64,000 bases of DNA, taken from a virus. A program made the position numbers and the translations under genes. Where the stretch lies: positions 2,793 to 66,792 of the IMG/VR virus record IMGVR_UViG_3300028844_002497; one strand, 5' to 3'. Below, one piece after another: positions 8,881-18,659 of the stretch. Within the stretch, counting starts at the first letter, position 1, and every line of letters begins with the position of its first letter. The notes below the pieces were generated by a model, which did no database searches, had not been told where the DNA came from, and saw nothing but the letters and a program-made list of their open reading frames with translations.

Positions 8881-11201
8881 GGTAATAGTTTAGGATCAAA
8901 TTTAGAGACAAGTTTTGGTTTGCCCACTTGAGGTTTCTTTTTAATAATTGAGTCTAATGAAATTGCTTGTTCCATTTCTGCTTTTTCAGGCAAGTCTAAA
9001 TCTTTTGTGTTATCTCGTCTTTCTGCTTTTTCTGCAAGTGTTACAATATATTGATCAGTCTCTGACCAATCACCTTTACCTTTCCAATTTAATTCAAATG
9101 AAAAGTCAATACTTTCATTTAGTTCTTCTTCTTCACGTAGTAAATCAGTAAAGTCTTGTCCTGATCTGCCTTCGTTAACGTCCCAGTCTGCTTTTGCTAA
9201 CTTTCTTGCACGTTTGGCAGTGTTTGCTTGTATACGTGAATAGTCTTGTGCGTAGAATGGACCCTTACGTCCTCCGTTTTCTGGAGTTTCTCTGTCATCA
9301 TATGGATTATCTATTTGTTCAAATTTCATTTTAAAATCTGCTTTCCATACACCGTCATCATCAATTTTAAAAGTATAATCTGCGTTGAACATTCCCGGAC
9401 CATATTGTTGTCCAAACTCTTTTAAATCTATTTCAGGATTAAATCTAATGTTTGCAGTATATCCGCCTCTTGCTCTCCAAAGATTTCTTAAGAAAGGCCA
9501 AATTTCATTAACAAGATGGTTAGCAAAAACATTATAATTTCCGTTTTTATCTTTAATATTTTCTTTAATAATGTGATAATCAAATTCTTCATAAGGCACA
9601 TCCTTTTTTGCTTTTTCATTATCTAATACAATATGATAGTGTTCTTTCTTTAGATTGTCTCTAACAGGATAAGTAACAGGTACTTCTGACATACCCTCAA
9701 AGAAGTCTAAGAACATATGAATAAGTTTAACTCTCATCATTACATGAGTGCCGCCCATCTTAAAGTCATTTGATATCCAATGTCCTTGATACTTGTGCCA
9801 AGAAATATTGTATGCATGTGGATTCTGTCCGACAATCGTTTCAGGGCCTAGTCCGTATCCAACACCGAGTCCTGCGTTGTTCATGTTGTTGTCTTTATTA
9901 CGCCACATAAATGTCATAGTGTCTGAATAGTCTTGGTAGTCTTCTGTTGGGAAGCCTACGATCCAGTTAGTTGCACACCAAATGCCTACTTTCTTACAGT
10001 CAATAAAGTTTTGTTCCATTGCTTCAACAGTTACGCCTTTGTGCATGTCATCTAATACTTTCTGTGAGCCTGACTCACAACCTAGATTAAACATGATGCA
10101 ACCACCGTCTGCTAAGTCTTGTAGATATTCTAAGTCCATACGTTTATCGCAACGTGCATAACCAGTCCATCTAACTTTAAGTCCTTTGGCTTTACATGCA
10201 AGTGCAAATGCTCTTAACTCTTTAACGTTACCATTAATGAGTGAGTCAATAAACCAAATAACATCTGTGCCTTTATTATAATACAACCATTCGATTTCGT
10301 CAATCAAATCTACTGCCTGTCTTTGTCTATATCTCCAGAAGTGAGTTTCTTCGCAGAATGTACATTTAGCAGTACAGCCTCGACTGAACTCAGAGTTGAC
10401 ACCATTAGGTACATCATATAAACTAAAGTCAATGGACTCATAATCTGGCATAGGTAAGTTATTGATATTGATTCTTTCACTTTCTTCTTGGTCTAATATC
10501 TTTGTACTTTCATGTTCGATGCCATCTTCGATTTCTTCTAACATGACTAGTAAATTCTTTTCACCTTCTCCAATCACAACATAATCGTAATAGTCTTGTA
10601 TGTCAAACCAACTCTTATGTACATTAGGTCCACCTACACTAATCTTAATGCTTGGATCTCTTTCTTTAATCTCTTTCATCATGTACTTGCTTGGTTCTTC
10701 TGAGATATAATATAATGAGAAACCAACAACACTAGGCTTCATCTCTAAGATTCTTTCGATTTGTTCATCAAGTAAAGGTTTGAGTACAGGATGTATATCT
10801 TGGTAATATGATTCAGGTAGCCAATGCCATGATGACGATGGATCCCAAAGTCTGAACGGGAGTTTTTCGTTTGGTTGCCAATCTGCTCTATAGTCTCTAT
10901 ACGCCATTGCGTTTAAGTCTATAATAGTTGTTTCAAACCCTGATGCTTTTGCAATACCTGATAGTCGTGCAAGTGAAAACGGAGGCATGTAGGGAGACCA
11001 TTCAGGACACAAAACTAATACCATAGTAGTTTCACGTGTTTTGTAATCTACGTAAACAGGTGTTAAGTTCTTTTGTTGTGCTGGTTTAGCATAGGGTGCT
11101 ATCGCCATCATCATGTCGTGGTGTCTTGCGTCACCTACATCTGTCGGCGGTTTAGGCTTTGGTTCATTTTTTCTTGCTAAAGATTGTAGTGTAAAATCCA
11201 T
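8877..11201 (-). CDS. Cobalamin-binding radical SAM enzyme (class B type) with a long C-terminal extension
   Basis: PPFSLARL, VVGFS, VGGPNV, IGEGE (B12-binding domain); SRGCTAKCTFC; GCESGS; IVGFPTE. Likely start is ATG 11201. Confidence 0.9.
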   Translation of the reverse strand: MDFTLQSLARKNEPKPKPPTDVGDARHHDMMMAIAPYAKPAQQKNLTPVYVDYKTRETTMVLVLCPEWSPYMPPFSLARLSGIAKASGFETTIIDLNAMAYRDYRADWQPNEKLPFRLWDPSSSWHWLPESYYQDIHPVLKPLLDEQIERILEMKPSVVGFSLYYISEEPSKYMMKEIKERDPSIKISVGGPNVHKSWFDIQDYYDYVVIGEGEKNLLVMLEEIEDGIEHESTKILDQEESERININNLPMPDYESIDFSLYDVPNGVNSEFSRGCTAKCTFCEETHFWRYRQRQAVDLIDEIEWLYYNKGTDVIWFIDSLINGNVKELRAFALACKAKGLKVRWTGYARCDKRMDLEYLQDLADGGCIMFNLGCESGSQKVLDDMHKGVTVEAMEQNFIDCKKVGIWCATNWIVGFPTEDYQDYSDTMTFMWRNKDNNMNNAGLGVGYGLGPETIVGQNPHAYNISWHKYQGHWISNDFKMGGTHVMMRVKLIHMFLDFFEGMSEVPVTYPVRDNLKKEHYHIVLDNEKAKKDVPYEEFDYHIIKENIKDKNGNYNVFANHLVNEIWPFLRNLWRARGGYTANIRFNPEIDLKEFGQQYGPGMFNADYTFKIDDDGVWKADFKMKFEQIDNPYDDRETPENGGRKGPFYAQDYSRIQANTAKRARKLAKADWDVNEGRSGQDFTDLLREEEELNESIDFSFELNWKGKGDWSETDQYIVTLAEKAERRDNTKDLDLPEKAEMEQAISLDSIIKKKPQVGKPKLVSKFDPKLLP

Positions 11202-11230
11202 ACGTTGATTGTTTACTCCCGTTACATGTA

Positions 11231-11290
11231 TATTTAACAAAATTTGACACCTATGATATTTTTAACGGGTGCCCGTTACCATACTAAATA
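11231..11290. promoter_or_regulatory. Divergent pair of TAAATA late-promoter-like motifs (TTAAATA, minus, 11231-11237; CTAAATA, plus, 11284-11290)
   Basis: Each points toward its own gene and resembles the T4 late consensus TATAAATA. Confidence 0.45.
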
Positions 11291-11313
11291 TTAACATAGG
11301 AGTAGATAATAGT

Positions 11314-12276
11314 ATGTATAGCAAAAATGAGTGGGGAAAATTAAAGAAGGTAGTCGTAGGTATTGCAGACAATGCACGTATACCAGAAGTTGACTCCAGC
11401 CTTCGACATATCAATTATGCTGACGTAAAAGATGAACTAGACATTCCTACAGGGAAGTACCCCCAAATTGTCGTTGATGAAGCAAATGAAGATTTAGAAA
11501 CATTTGCTGACTTTTTGAGAAAAGAAGGCGCTGAGGTAGTAAGACCTGACATCACAGAATGTAACTATTACAACTACTGTCCGCGGGATTCCGTTATCGT
11601 TTATAAAGACAAGGCTATTGCTACTCCTATGCCACTAAGGGCTAGGCGAAATGAATACCAAGCATATGAACGTCATTTAGAAAATGTACATCCTTATGAT
11701 ATTATACGCAGTGATGATCTTTACAATACAAACTGTTTAGGAGATCCGGATGTATTAGCATTAACAGAAGCAGAACCGGCGTTTGATGCCGCTAATGTGT
11801 TACGTGCTAACGATGATTTGTTATACTTAGTTTCTAACTCAGGTAATAAATCAGGAGCAAGTTTATTACAAAGTATTGTTGACGGTAAAGTACATACAGT
11901 AGAGGGTATATATAGTTATATGCACTTAGACTCAACTGTGTGCTTTCTTAGAGACGGTTTGATGCTACTTAACCCAAGCAGAGTTAAAAGTGTTGATCAA
12001 TTACCAGAACCATTCAGACATTGGGATTACATTATGTGTCCAGAACCTGTACCAATTGGACACTATCAGAATTATCGTAATTCATCTAACTGGGTAAGTA
12101 TGAACTTATTCTCAGTTAACTCAAACTTAGTTGCATTAGAAGAACGACAAGAACCTCTTAGAAAAGAATTAGAGAAACACGGCATTGAGTGTGCTATGTT
12201 GCCTATGAGACATGCAATCACATTGGGCGGATGTTTTCATTGTGTAACTAACGACTTAATACGTGAAGATGATTAA
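11314..12276 (+). CDS. Amidinotransferase (glycine / inosamine-phosphate amidinotransferase family)
   Basis: NEWGKLKKVVVG, YCPRD, FDAANVLR, MHLDST, GGCFHCVT (Asp-His-Cys triad). AGGAG at 11298-11302 precedes ATG 11314. Confidence 0.93.
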   Translation: MYSKNEWGKLKKVVVGIADNARIPEVDSSLRHINYADVKDELDIPTGKYPQIVVDEANEDLETFADFLRKEGAEVVRPDITECNYYNYCPRDSVIVYKDKAIATPMPLRARRNEYQAYERHLENVHPYDIIRSDDLYNTNCLGDPDVLALTEAEPAFDAANVLRANDDLLYLVSNSGNKSGASLLQSIVDGKVHTVEGIYSYMHLDSTVCFLRDGLMLLNPSRVKSVDQLPEPFRHWDYIMCPEPVPIGHYQNYRNSSNWVSMNLFSVNSNLVALEERQEPLRKELEKHGIECAMLPMRHAITLGGCFHCVTNDLIREDD

Positions 12277-12853
12277 AGGTACTGTAGAAGTTACATGGAC
12301 TAAAGAAGATTACATGAATCTTCCTTGGTTTACAAATGATGTACATGAAGAAAAGTTTAATGCAACAGTGGATACATCAAAATACGATGTTGGTGTTTCT
12401 ATGTGTTTTGAAGACTTACCCGAAGTCTTTCATAAAGTTGTAGAAGAATTTGACTTTTTAGATAATATCGTTATCGCAATTAATAAACTTGAAGTAGGTA
12501 AAATCTTACCTTATCATGTTGACAGATTTATGTCATACAAACAAAGAAACAATATCAGTGACAATCAACCAATTGAACGTTTAATTGTGTTCTTACATGA
12601 ACAAAAGAAAGGTCATCAATTGTGGATAGAAGATCAAGTATGCACAGGTCCTGCAGGTTCATACTTTGGCTGGGAACAAAATACTGAGCATATGGCCGCT
12701 AATCTAGGTAATGAAAATAGATATATCATGCAAGTTACAGGCATTACTAAGAATAGAGTTAAAGAACCTCAGTTACCAACTGACGGGGAAGCCTCTTTAA
12801 ATTGTTACGGTGATGTTGTTATATATCGTAACGGTATTTGGGTCAGACCTTAA
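12263..12853 (+). CDS. 2OG-Fe(II)/cupin (Asp/Asn beta-hydroxylase-like) oxygenase
   Basis: PYHVD (HxD) ... EHMAANLG..RYIMQVTG distal His. Confidence 0.7.
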   Translation: MKMIKGTVEVTWTKEDYMNLPWFTNDVHEEKFNATVDTSKYDVGVSMCFEDLPEVFHKVVEEFDFLDNIVIAINKLEVGKILPYHVDRFMSYKQRNNISDNQPIERLIVFLHEQKKGHQLWIEDQVCTGPAGSYFGWEQNTEHMAANLGNENRYIMQVTGITKNRVKEPQLPTDGEASLNCYGDVVIYRNGIWVRP

Positions 12854-13050
12854 GCCTGTTTATCTAACATACCTAACTGCTTTTGCAGTATTTCTATTTC
12901 TCTTTTAAGATGTAACTTGTCGAATTTTTCTTTTTGAATGATGGAGTCATCAACTCGGTTAGTATAGTCATTAGATATTTGTTTGTCTAATGCTCTGTGT
13001 CTGTCCATTAATGTTGCTAGTCTATTACGCAGTGATTCTTTTGAACTCAT
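12850..13050 (-). CDS. DUF465/YdcH-like small coiled-coil protein
   Basis: L..RHRALDKQI.....K..KLHLKREI pattern; strong AGGAGG at 13061-13066. Confidence 0.75.
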   Translation of the reverse strand: MSSKESLRNRLATLMDRHRALDKQISNDYTNRVDDSIIQKEKFDKLHLKREIEILQKQLGMLDKQA

Positions 13051-13099
13051 CTTTGGGGTTCCTCCTATATTTTTTAATGCTTGTTCTAATACTTAGTCA

Positions 13100-13930
13100 C
13101 TAAGGTCTGCGTAAAATAGTTTTCTTCTTTGCGATTGCATCAACAATATATTGTCCTAATTGAGCATGGCCAACTTGAGACGGATGAGAATCATGTGGTA
13201 CTCCACCTATTCTATCATATTCCCATCGATGACATCTAGTTTGATCTATATCATCTTCTAGCATTGGGAAACGATTGTATATATAGTCTTGTATTTCTTG
13301 CGGCATTGCTAAAACATATTGATTAAAATACCAATAGTAACACGTAATTCCTTTACTAGTTAAAAAATCATACAAGAATCCCATATGAAATAACCAAGTA
13401 TACATTCCTTCTTGGTCAGTATAAGTTCTATATCTACTTTGACCTTGTTTGATAACATCAGGATTATTATGATTTTCAGCAAATGATATAAGACCGTGGG
13501 GATTTACCTTTGCCCATCTATCTAAATTATGTAAAACATCATAATTATTATCATTTATTACTTGTCCATGCCAAATATCTTCACTCTGCATAGGTGACAC
13601 ATGATATCTTTTTTGAAAATCATCTTGTTCTTCTTTTGTAGGAACATAATATTCATATCTGTCTTCACATGACCATTGAATAACAACTGTAGTGTTTTTT
13701 AAAGTTTCTTCGTCTTGTTGATTAACCCAATCAAATGTAGTTCTGCATATACGTTGATTACTTCCACAACCTTCAGCAAGATTTACGCATCTATCAAAGT
13801 TCATTAGTTTTTTTACATGTGCAGGCCAAACAATCTCATCATGCAAATACTTTAGGTGTTCTTTACTACCAGGATTATCTAATCCGCCGCCATATGTCCA
13901 ACTACAACCGTTAACGAATAGTGTTTTCAT
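13100..13930 (-). CDS. SGNH-like protein (paralog 2)
   Basis: NGCSWTYG, NLAEGCGSN, QWS..R, DSHPSQVGH. Confidence 0.75.
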   Translation of the reverse strand: MKTLFVNGCSWTYGGGLDNPGSKEHLKYLHDEIVWPAHVKKLMNFDRCVNLAEGCGSNQRICRTTFDWVNQQDEETLKNTTVVIQWSCEDRYEYYVPTKEEQDDFQKRYHVSPMQSEDIWHGQVINDNNYDVLHNLDRWAKVNPHGLISFAENHNNPDVIKQGQSRYRTYTDQEGMYTWLFHMGFLYDFLTSKGITCYYWYFNQYVLAMPQEIQDYIYNRFPMLEDDIDQTRCHRWEYDRIGGVPHDSHPSQVGHAQLGQYIVDAIAKKKTILRRP

Positions 13931-14285
13931 ATAATGCCTGTGCGTCTGATTTTAATTGTATATCGAACATATCTTCAAAGTATGATTGGGCATACAAGAA
14001 TCCACCCTTATCATAAAAGTCAGTGTTGAATTCAAATATAACCAGTGGGTTATACTCAGGCTTATCTATGTTATGTGCTAAAATAAAAACACTATCTTCT
14101 CGTAAATCTTCGGGAATAGAATCAAAGTCATCACCGCAAATAACAAGGGTTTTATCCGCAGATTCAACTACGTCTCTGTCTAACTCTGATACGGTCTGAT
14201 GATCGTTCATTACTTCTTCATCATATTCTAGCATGTTTGCTAGTTCAGGCGCAAGTCCTATTAAATATATTCTTTTTGTAATCAT
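13911..14285 (-). CDS. Acidic hypothetical protein (124 aa)
   Basis: Fills the gap and overlaps both neighbours; no recognised motif. Confidence 0.7.
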   Translation of the reverse strand: MITKRIYLIGLAPELANMLEYDEEVMNDHQTVSELDRDVVESADKTLVICGDDFDSIPEDLREDSVFILAHNIDKPEYNPLVIFEFNTDFYDKGGFLYAQSYFEDMFDIQLKSDAQALYENTIR

Positions 14286-16210
14286 AGTTTAGTTAGCCAG
14301 GCTTTGCCGAAGTTTCTACGTCTTGCAAAAAAGATTTGTTCACAAAATCTTTCTAGTGACTGTTCTTTGTCTTCCGGGAAGTCAAACTCATATTCAGCAT
14401 GAGTTTCTAATTCACAATGATCTTGTAAGTAACCAGAGATATCGTGTTCAAATTGTATGTTCATTGGATAATCTGCTTTGTCTTCAAAGTTAATTAAGAA
14501 CTTGCGTTGAAATAACATCAAGTCTTGGAACAACTCAGGTGATAACAAGTCTCCGTATCTTTCTTCAACAAATCTTTCGATCATATCAAACACTTGTTTA
14601 TGCTTCCCTTCTCCTTGTAGATTAATAACTGTACTATGGATCAAGTTCCAACCATGTATCTCCATACCTTGTATCGGTTTGTGATCGATCTTACCATTCT
14701 CTGTCCAATTAAAGTAATGTTCTTTAATACGACTCATTTCATCGTTTAACCAAGGATCTTTTTTAATAAACTCTAGTAAGTTATCATAAAAGTCTTCGTA
14801 TTGTATGTCATGTTTCTTTTCTAATACTCTACTGATATAGTTAGTCATGCCATTAATGTGAAACGTATTCATAAACCAACTAAAGAGTTGTGCTTCAATC
14901 ATTTGATCTCTTGGCAAGTCTCTTGTTGATGTAATAACTTCAATGCCTTCTTTTACTTCGTTGTCATTATATGTACCAACTAAGTAATCATATACAATTC
15001 TACCTTCCATCTTAAACATTTTCTTTTGTGTAAGATTCATCTCTGCATTTTCAAGTAACTGTGCTTGATAAACAGTAACACCTGTATGGTTACCCGCTCT
15101 ATACAATGAGTAGAAGTTGTTTTTCCATGACCTGAGAGTCTCTCCGGGGAGGCCTAAGATGAGTTCTGTGTAAAGAGGTATATTATGTTCTTCACATAAG
15201 TCAAATACTTGTTCTATTTTATGTTGCTCTAAATTTTTACGTTTAATAATATCAAGTACACCATCGTCCATTGATTGCACTGATAAGTTTAGACCCATTT
15301 TAGATCCTCCCTCATATATCAGTTTTTTAACAATGTCAACTACTTCTTGTTTTTGATTCTTTGCCCAAGCAATTGTATATGCTTTGGGATTGTTGTATTC
15401 TTTTTGTACTGCAATAAGTTTGTCTGCAATACTCATATCACGTTCAGGGAACATACCGAAGTTTGCGTCTGCTAATGAAATAAAGTCACAACCGTTTTTG
15501 CCTACCCATTCAAGTTCGTCATAGACTCTATTGAGACAGAACTTTTTAACTTTGTTATATGTTAAACTACCCCAGTCACAGAATGTACATTGATATGGAC
15601 AACCTCTGTTTGTTTCGAGGGTAACGTTCCATCTAACTTCTGGATGTTTTTCCATTAAGTCTTTGAATACATCTGTTAAGTACGGGCTAGGTATTTCATC
15701 TAGTTCATTAATACGTTCTGGCTCTCCTGTCACAACAGTCTTGCCGTCTACATTAATAAGTAATCCAGGTATATGTGTAAAGTCTGGCTTGTCGTTTTTT
15801 AGTTCTTCTAAAATTGCTTTTGCTGAACGTTCGCCTTCTTGTACTACGACAACATCTATATAAGGAAACTTTTCAAAAAAGTCCGGGTCAGTAACTGGGG
15901 GTTCAGGACCACCTGCAAAGATAAAAATATCAGGGTTCGATAATTTAAGTTCTCTACCTAATACATGATTGTACTGACGATTCCAAATGTATGTAGAAAA
16001 GCCTACAACATCACTATCTGCTAATGTGTCGATTGCTTCTTCGATAGGATCTCTGCGCCATATAAACTCACCCAACCTATAATGTTGATTAATAGAATCA
16101 AACTGATTCACATAACTCCAAACAATACCCGGAGAATAAGGCAAGTAGTATGCATTATATTCTTTAGGTCCCTGTTGGAAGTTAGGGTTTACAAAACTGA
16201 CTTTTTTCAA
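14282..16210 (-). CDS. Cobalamin-binding radical SAM enzyme (second copy)
   Basis: YLPYSPG, VGFSTYIWN, GGPE, EGE; ETNRGCPYQCTFCDWG; DANFG; SVQS; LILGLPGET. Confidence 0.92.
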   Translation of the reverse strand: MKKVSFVNPNFQQGPKEYNAYYLPYSPGIVWSYVNQFDSINQHYRLGEFIWRRDPIEEAIDTLADSDVVGFSTYIWNRQYNHVLGRELKLSNPDIFIFAGGPEPPVTDPDFFEKFPYIDVVVVQEGERSAKAILEELKNDKPDFTHIPGLLINVDGKTVVTGEPERINELDEIPSPYLTDVFKDLMEKHPEVRWNVTLETNRGCPYQCTFCDWGSLTYNKVKKFCLNRVYDELEWVGKNGCDFISLADANFGMFPERDMSIADKLIAVQKEYNNPKAYTIAWAKNQKQEVVDIVKKLIYEGGSKMGLNLSVQSMDDGVLDIIKRKNLEQHKIEQVFDLCEEHNIPLYTELILGLPGETLRSWKNNFYSLYRAGNHTGVTVYQAQLLENAEMNLTQKKMFKMEGRIVYDYLVGTYNDNEVKEGIEVITSTRDLPRDQMIEAQLFSWFMNTFHINGMTNYISRVLEKKHDIQYEDFYDNLLEFIKKDPWLNDEMSRIKEHYFNWTENGKIDHKPIQGMEIHGWNLIHSTVINLQGEGKHKQVFDMIERFVEERYGDLLSPELFQDLMLFQRKFLINFEDKADYPMNIQFEHDISGYLQDHCELETHAEYEFDFPEDKEQSLERFCEQIFFARRRNFGKAWLTKL

Positions 16211-17156
16211 TGTACCCTCGTTTAGTAATAAATTTTGCTAATTCGTCTGCAATAACTTTGTAACCTTTAATAGTAGGATGTGCACCATCATCGTTAGTAA
16301 GATATTCTGAATGTGTATCTAAGTTTCTTGGGTTATATATAGTATTATATCCTCCCCAATGTATACTTGCAGGTTTTTCTATCAAACCATCTAAGTCTAC
16401 TAACTTTTCCATAAATGCAGTGTAATCAACATCTTCATCATCGTGTATATAACATGACCAATCAAATTGATCTACTAAAGGACCTGCATATTCTTTTAAC
16501 CAATTAAGTATGCCTTCAATTCGAGGATATCCATTGTCATCATTTTCCATGCGTTGATTAAATGCATTGGCTAAAACAATTTTAAAGTTGTGTGCTTTTG
16601 TCCATGTCTGTAAATTAAGTAATGCCATCATAGTATTACAGGCTACAAATTGTTCACTCCACAATTCACGTGCATAACAATTCCAAAATTCACTATCTCC
16701 TGATGTTGTTTCTAATGGCCAGGCAGTGCGCCATTTCTCATGTTTAAAGTCACCTGCGTTGTAACCGTCTGGTTCTTTAAATCCCCAATGATCCATTGGT
16801 CTGTCTTGGAATACATCAAATCTTTCAAATCCACTCATCATAAAAATCACAATACCTTCAGCATTATTCAAGTCATGTTGATTGGCAAAATGTAATTGAT
16901 TTACGGCAGCCATGTTACCGATGCCTTTGACGCCTAAATTCAATGATTTGTATTCAGGGAAATGATACTTTGTCAGTTGATTAACCCAACTATTTTCTAA
17001 TTCATGTATACGTAAGTAATAGTCTGTCTCAGGATAACCATCTTGTCCAGCACGAATTTGTGTTCTGCCATTGTGTGCATCAACAACCTCTTGTGGATAT
17101 CCACCTTCGCCTTGAGTCCAAGAACACCCAAGACCTACTATATACTTTTGTGTCAT
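16182..17156 (-). CDS. SGNH-like protein (paralog 3)
   Basis: GCSWTQGEG, NLGVKGIGN, GAHPTIKGY. Confidence 0.75.
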   Translation of the reverse strand: MTQKYIVGLGCSWTQGEGGYPQEVVDAHNGRTQIRAGQDGYPETDYYLRIHELENSWVNQLTKYHFPEYKSLNLGVKGIGNMAAVNQLHFANQHDLNNAEGIVIFMMSGFERFDVFQDRPMDHWGFKEPDGYNAGDFKHEKWRTAWPLETTSGDSEFWNCYARELWSEQFVACNTMMALLNLQTWTKAHNFKIVLANAFNQRMENDDNGYPRIEGILNWLKEYAGPLVDQFDWSCYIHDDEDVDYTAFMEKLVDLDGLIEKPASIHWGGYNTIYNPRNLDTHSEYLTNDDGAHPTIKGYKVIADELAKFITKRGYIEKSQFCKP

Positions 17157-17344
17157 TACTTTTGTGCTTTTTTCTTTGTAGTCTTTTTCTTTTTGAAAGC
17201 ACCCTTAGGCGTTTTATAGACTTTAGTATATGCTTCGTCTACATCAGGTGTGCTAGGATCATCTGCTACGTATCGTCCTCGAGCATCTCTGTTTCTGACT
17301 GTAATCATACCAAAAAATTTGCTAATTTTTTTCCACCAACTCAT
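17156..17344 (-). CDS. Small basic phage protein (RDARGRYVADDPSTPDVDEAY motif, Lys-rich tail)
   Basis: GGAG upstream; own AATAAATA motif at 17373-17380. Confidence 0.75.
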   Translation of the reverse strand: MSWWKKISKFFGMITVRNRDARGRYVADDPSTPDVDEAYTKVYKTPKGAFKKKKTTKKKAQK

Positions 17345-17381
17345 ATTATTTCTCCATATAAAGTTCTGATACTATTTATTC

Positions 17382-18659
17382 TCACCGGAGTTCCCATAAA
17401 GATTTCAAGTCTTGTGGTCTAGAAAAAATGTTATTATAGTTTTCCCAAAGATCATCACCAATATATCCTCTTTTAATATCATTATATCTATGGGGTATAA
17501 CAACATATTGAAAGAAATCTAAAACTTGAAACAAATCATTTCCTGTATTGTTCATATAATCTGGAGTTAAATATTTTTCAAACTTTTCTAATTTGTATTC
17601 ACTTGGATCAGATGAATTAAGTCCTATAAAATGCATAATAGATTCTACATGTACACCACTTCGCATGTCTGCCATATACTTAAAATAATTACGTTGTGTC
17701 TTTTCTTTGACACTATTCCATAATTGTTTATACTCTTCAGGTGATTTATATATTGTTGACAAACGTCCTAAGTTATCTAAGATACCATCAACACGTTCAA
17801 CATAACTAGGCTTATCGTCAAATGAATAGTCAAACAATTCGTCATAAAGTTCTATTTGTCTTTCTTCTTTTAACCATTTATGATAACCCTGTGCTCCAAG
17901 AACTAGAAATGGTTTGTGTGCAAATAAAGGTTTATTAGTTTTTTCTGATAGATAAAATTCATCTTTATCTATTCTACTTTCTGTTACAATATCTATAACA
18001 CCTCGGAAGTAACTTGGGCCTAATCGATTAGGAACCCATTCATGTTTAGTGTTTAATACAAATTGATCTTCTAATGGATCTTCTAACGGCATAAGATAAG
18101 GAACATTATTGATTGGCGCCCAGTCCTCAACATTCCAATCACTCATATTTGGCATGTTAACAGTAAACTGACGATATGTAATTATACCTAAATTTTGTAA
18201 TCCTCTACCAAATAATTGATTAATCATATAGTTTCTATAATCAGAAGGTCGATTATTATAGCATGTAAATAAAAGGTCAGGTGAATAATTATCGTCTATT
18301 GGTAAACATTGATCAGAATGTAGATTATATGGCATAAGAGATGTGTGGTAGTTAGTTACATCATATGTTTGACAAAGATGTGTCTCTACATATTTAGGAT
18401 AATCATACTCGTATTGATTACATGATGCAAACACATGAATTTTTCTGCCTGTTTTGCGACACCATGGCTCAAGGTGTCTTATGCCGGATCCATATATAGA
18501 ACTAATATCTGCTTCGCCACCACTAACTATAAGAAATCCGGCTGGATCGTATTGATCAATTATAAGATTAAAATAATTTCTAAGTTCTTCCTGATGGTCT
18601 TCATAAGATTGATCATAGTTATGAGTAATTCTATGGTCTATTAAACACCATTTAGACAT
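17382..18659 (-). CDS. Glycosyltransferase-like protein (GT-B-like C-terminal motif)
   Basis: YNNR...R, DIVTES..YLSEKTNKP...KPF..LG...FDYSFD; paralog of 19625 and of the 6483 C-domain. Confidence 0.55.
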   Translation of the reverse strand: MSKWCLIDHRITHNYDQSYEDHQEELRNYFNLIIDQYDPAGFLIVSGGEADISSIYGSGIRHLEPWCRKTGRKIHVFASCNQYEYDYPKYVETHLCQTYDVTNYHTSLMPYNLHSDQCLPIDDNYSPDLLFTCYNNRPSDYRNYMINQLFGRGLQNLGIITYRQFTVNMPNMSDWNVEDWAPINNVPYLMPLEDPLEDQFVLNTKHEWVPNRLGPSYFRGVIDIVTESRIDKDEFYLSEKTNKPLFAHKPFLVLGAQGYHKWLKEERQIELYDELFDYSFDDKPSYVERVDGILDNLGRLSTIYKSPEEYKQLWNSVKEKTQRNYFKYMADMRSGVHVESIMHFIGLNSSDPSEYKLEKFEKYLTPDYMNNTGNDLFQVLDFFQYVVIPHRYNDIKRGYIGDDLWENYNNIFSRPQDLKSLWELR

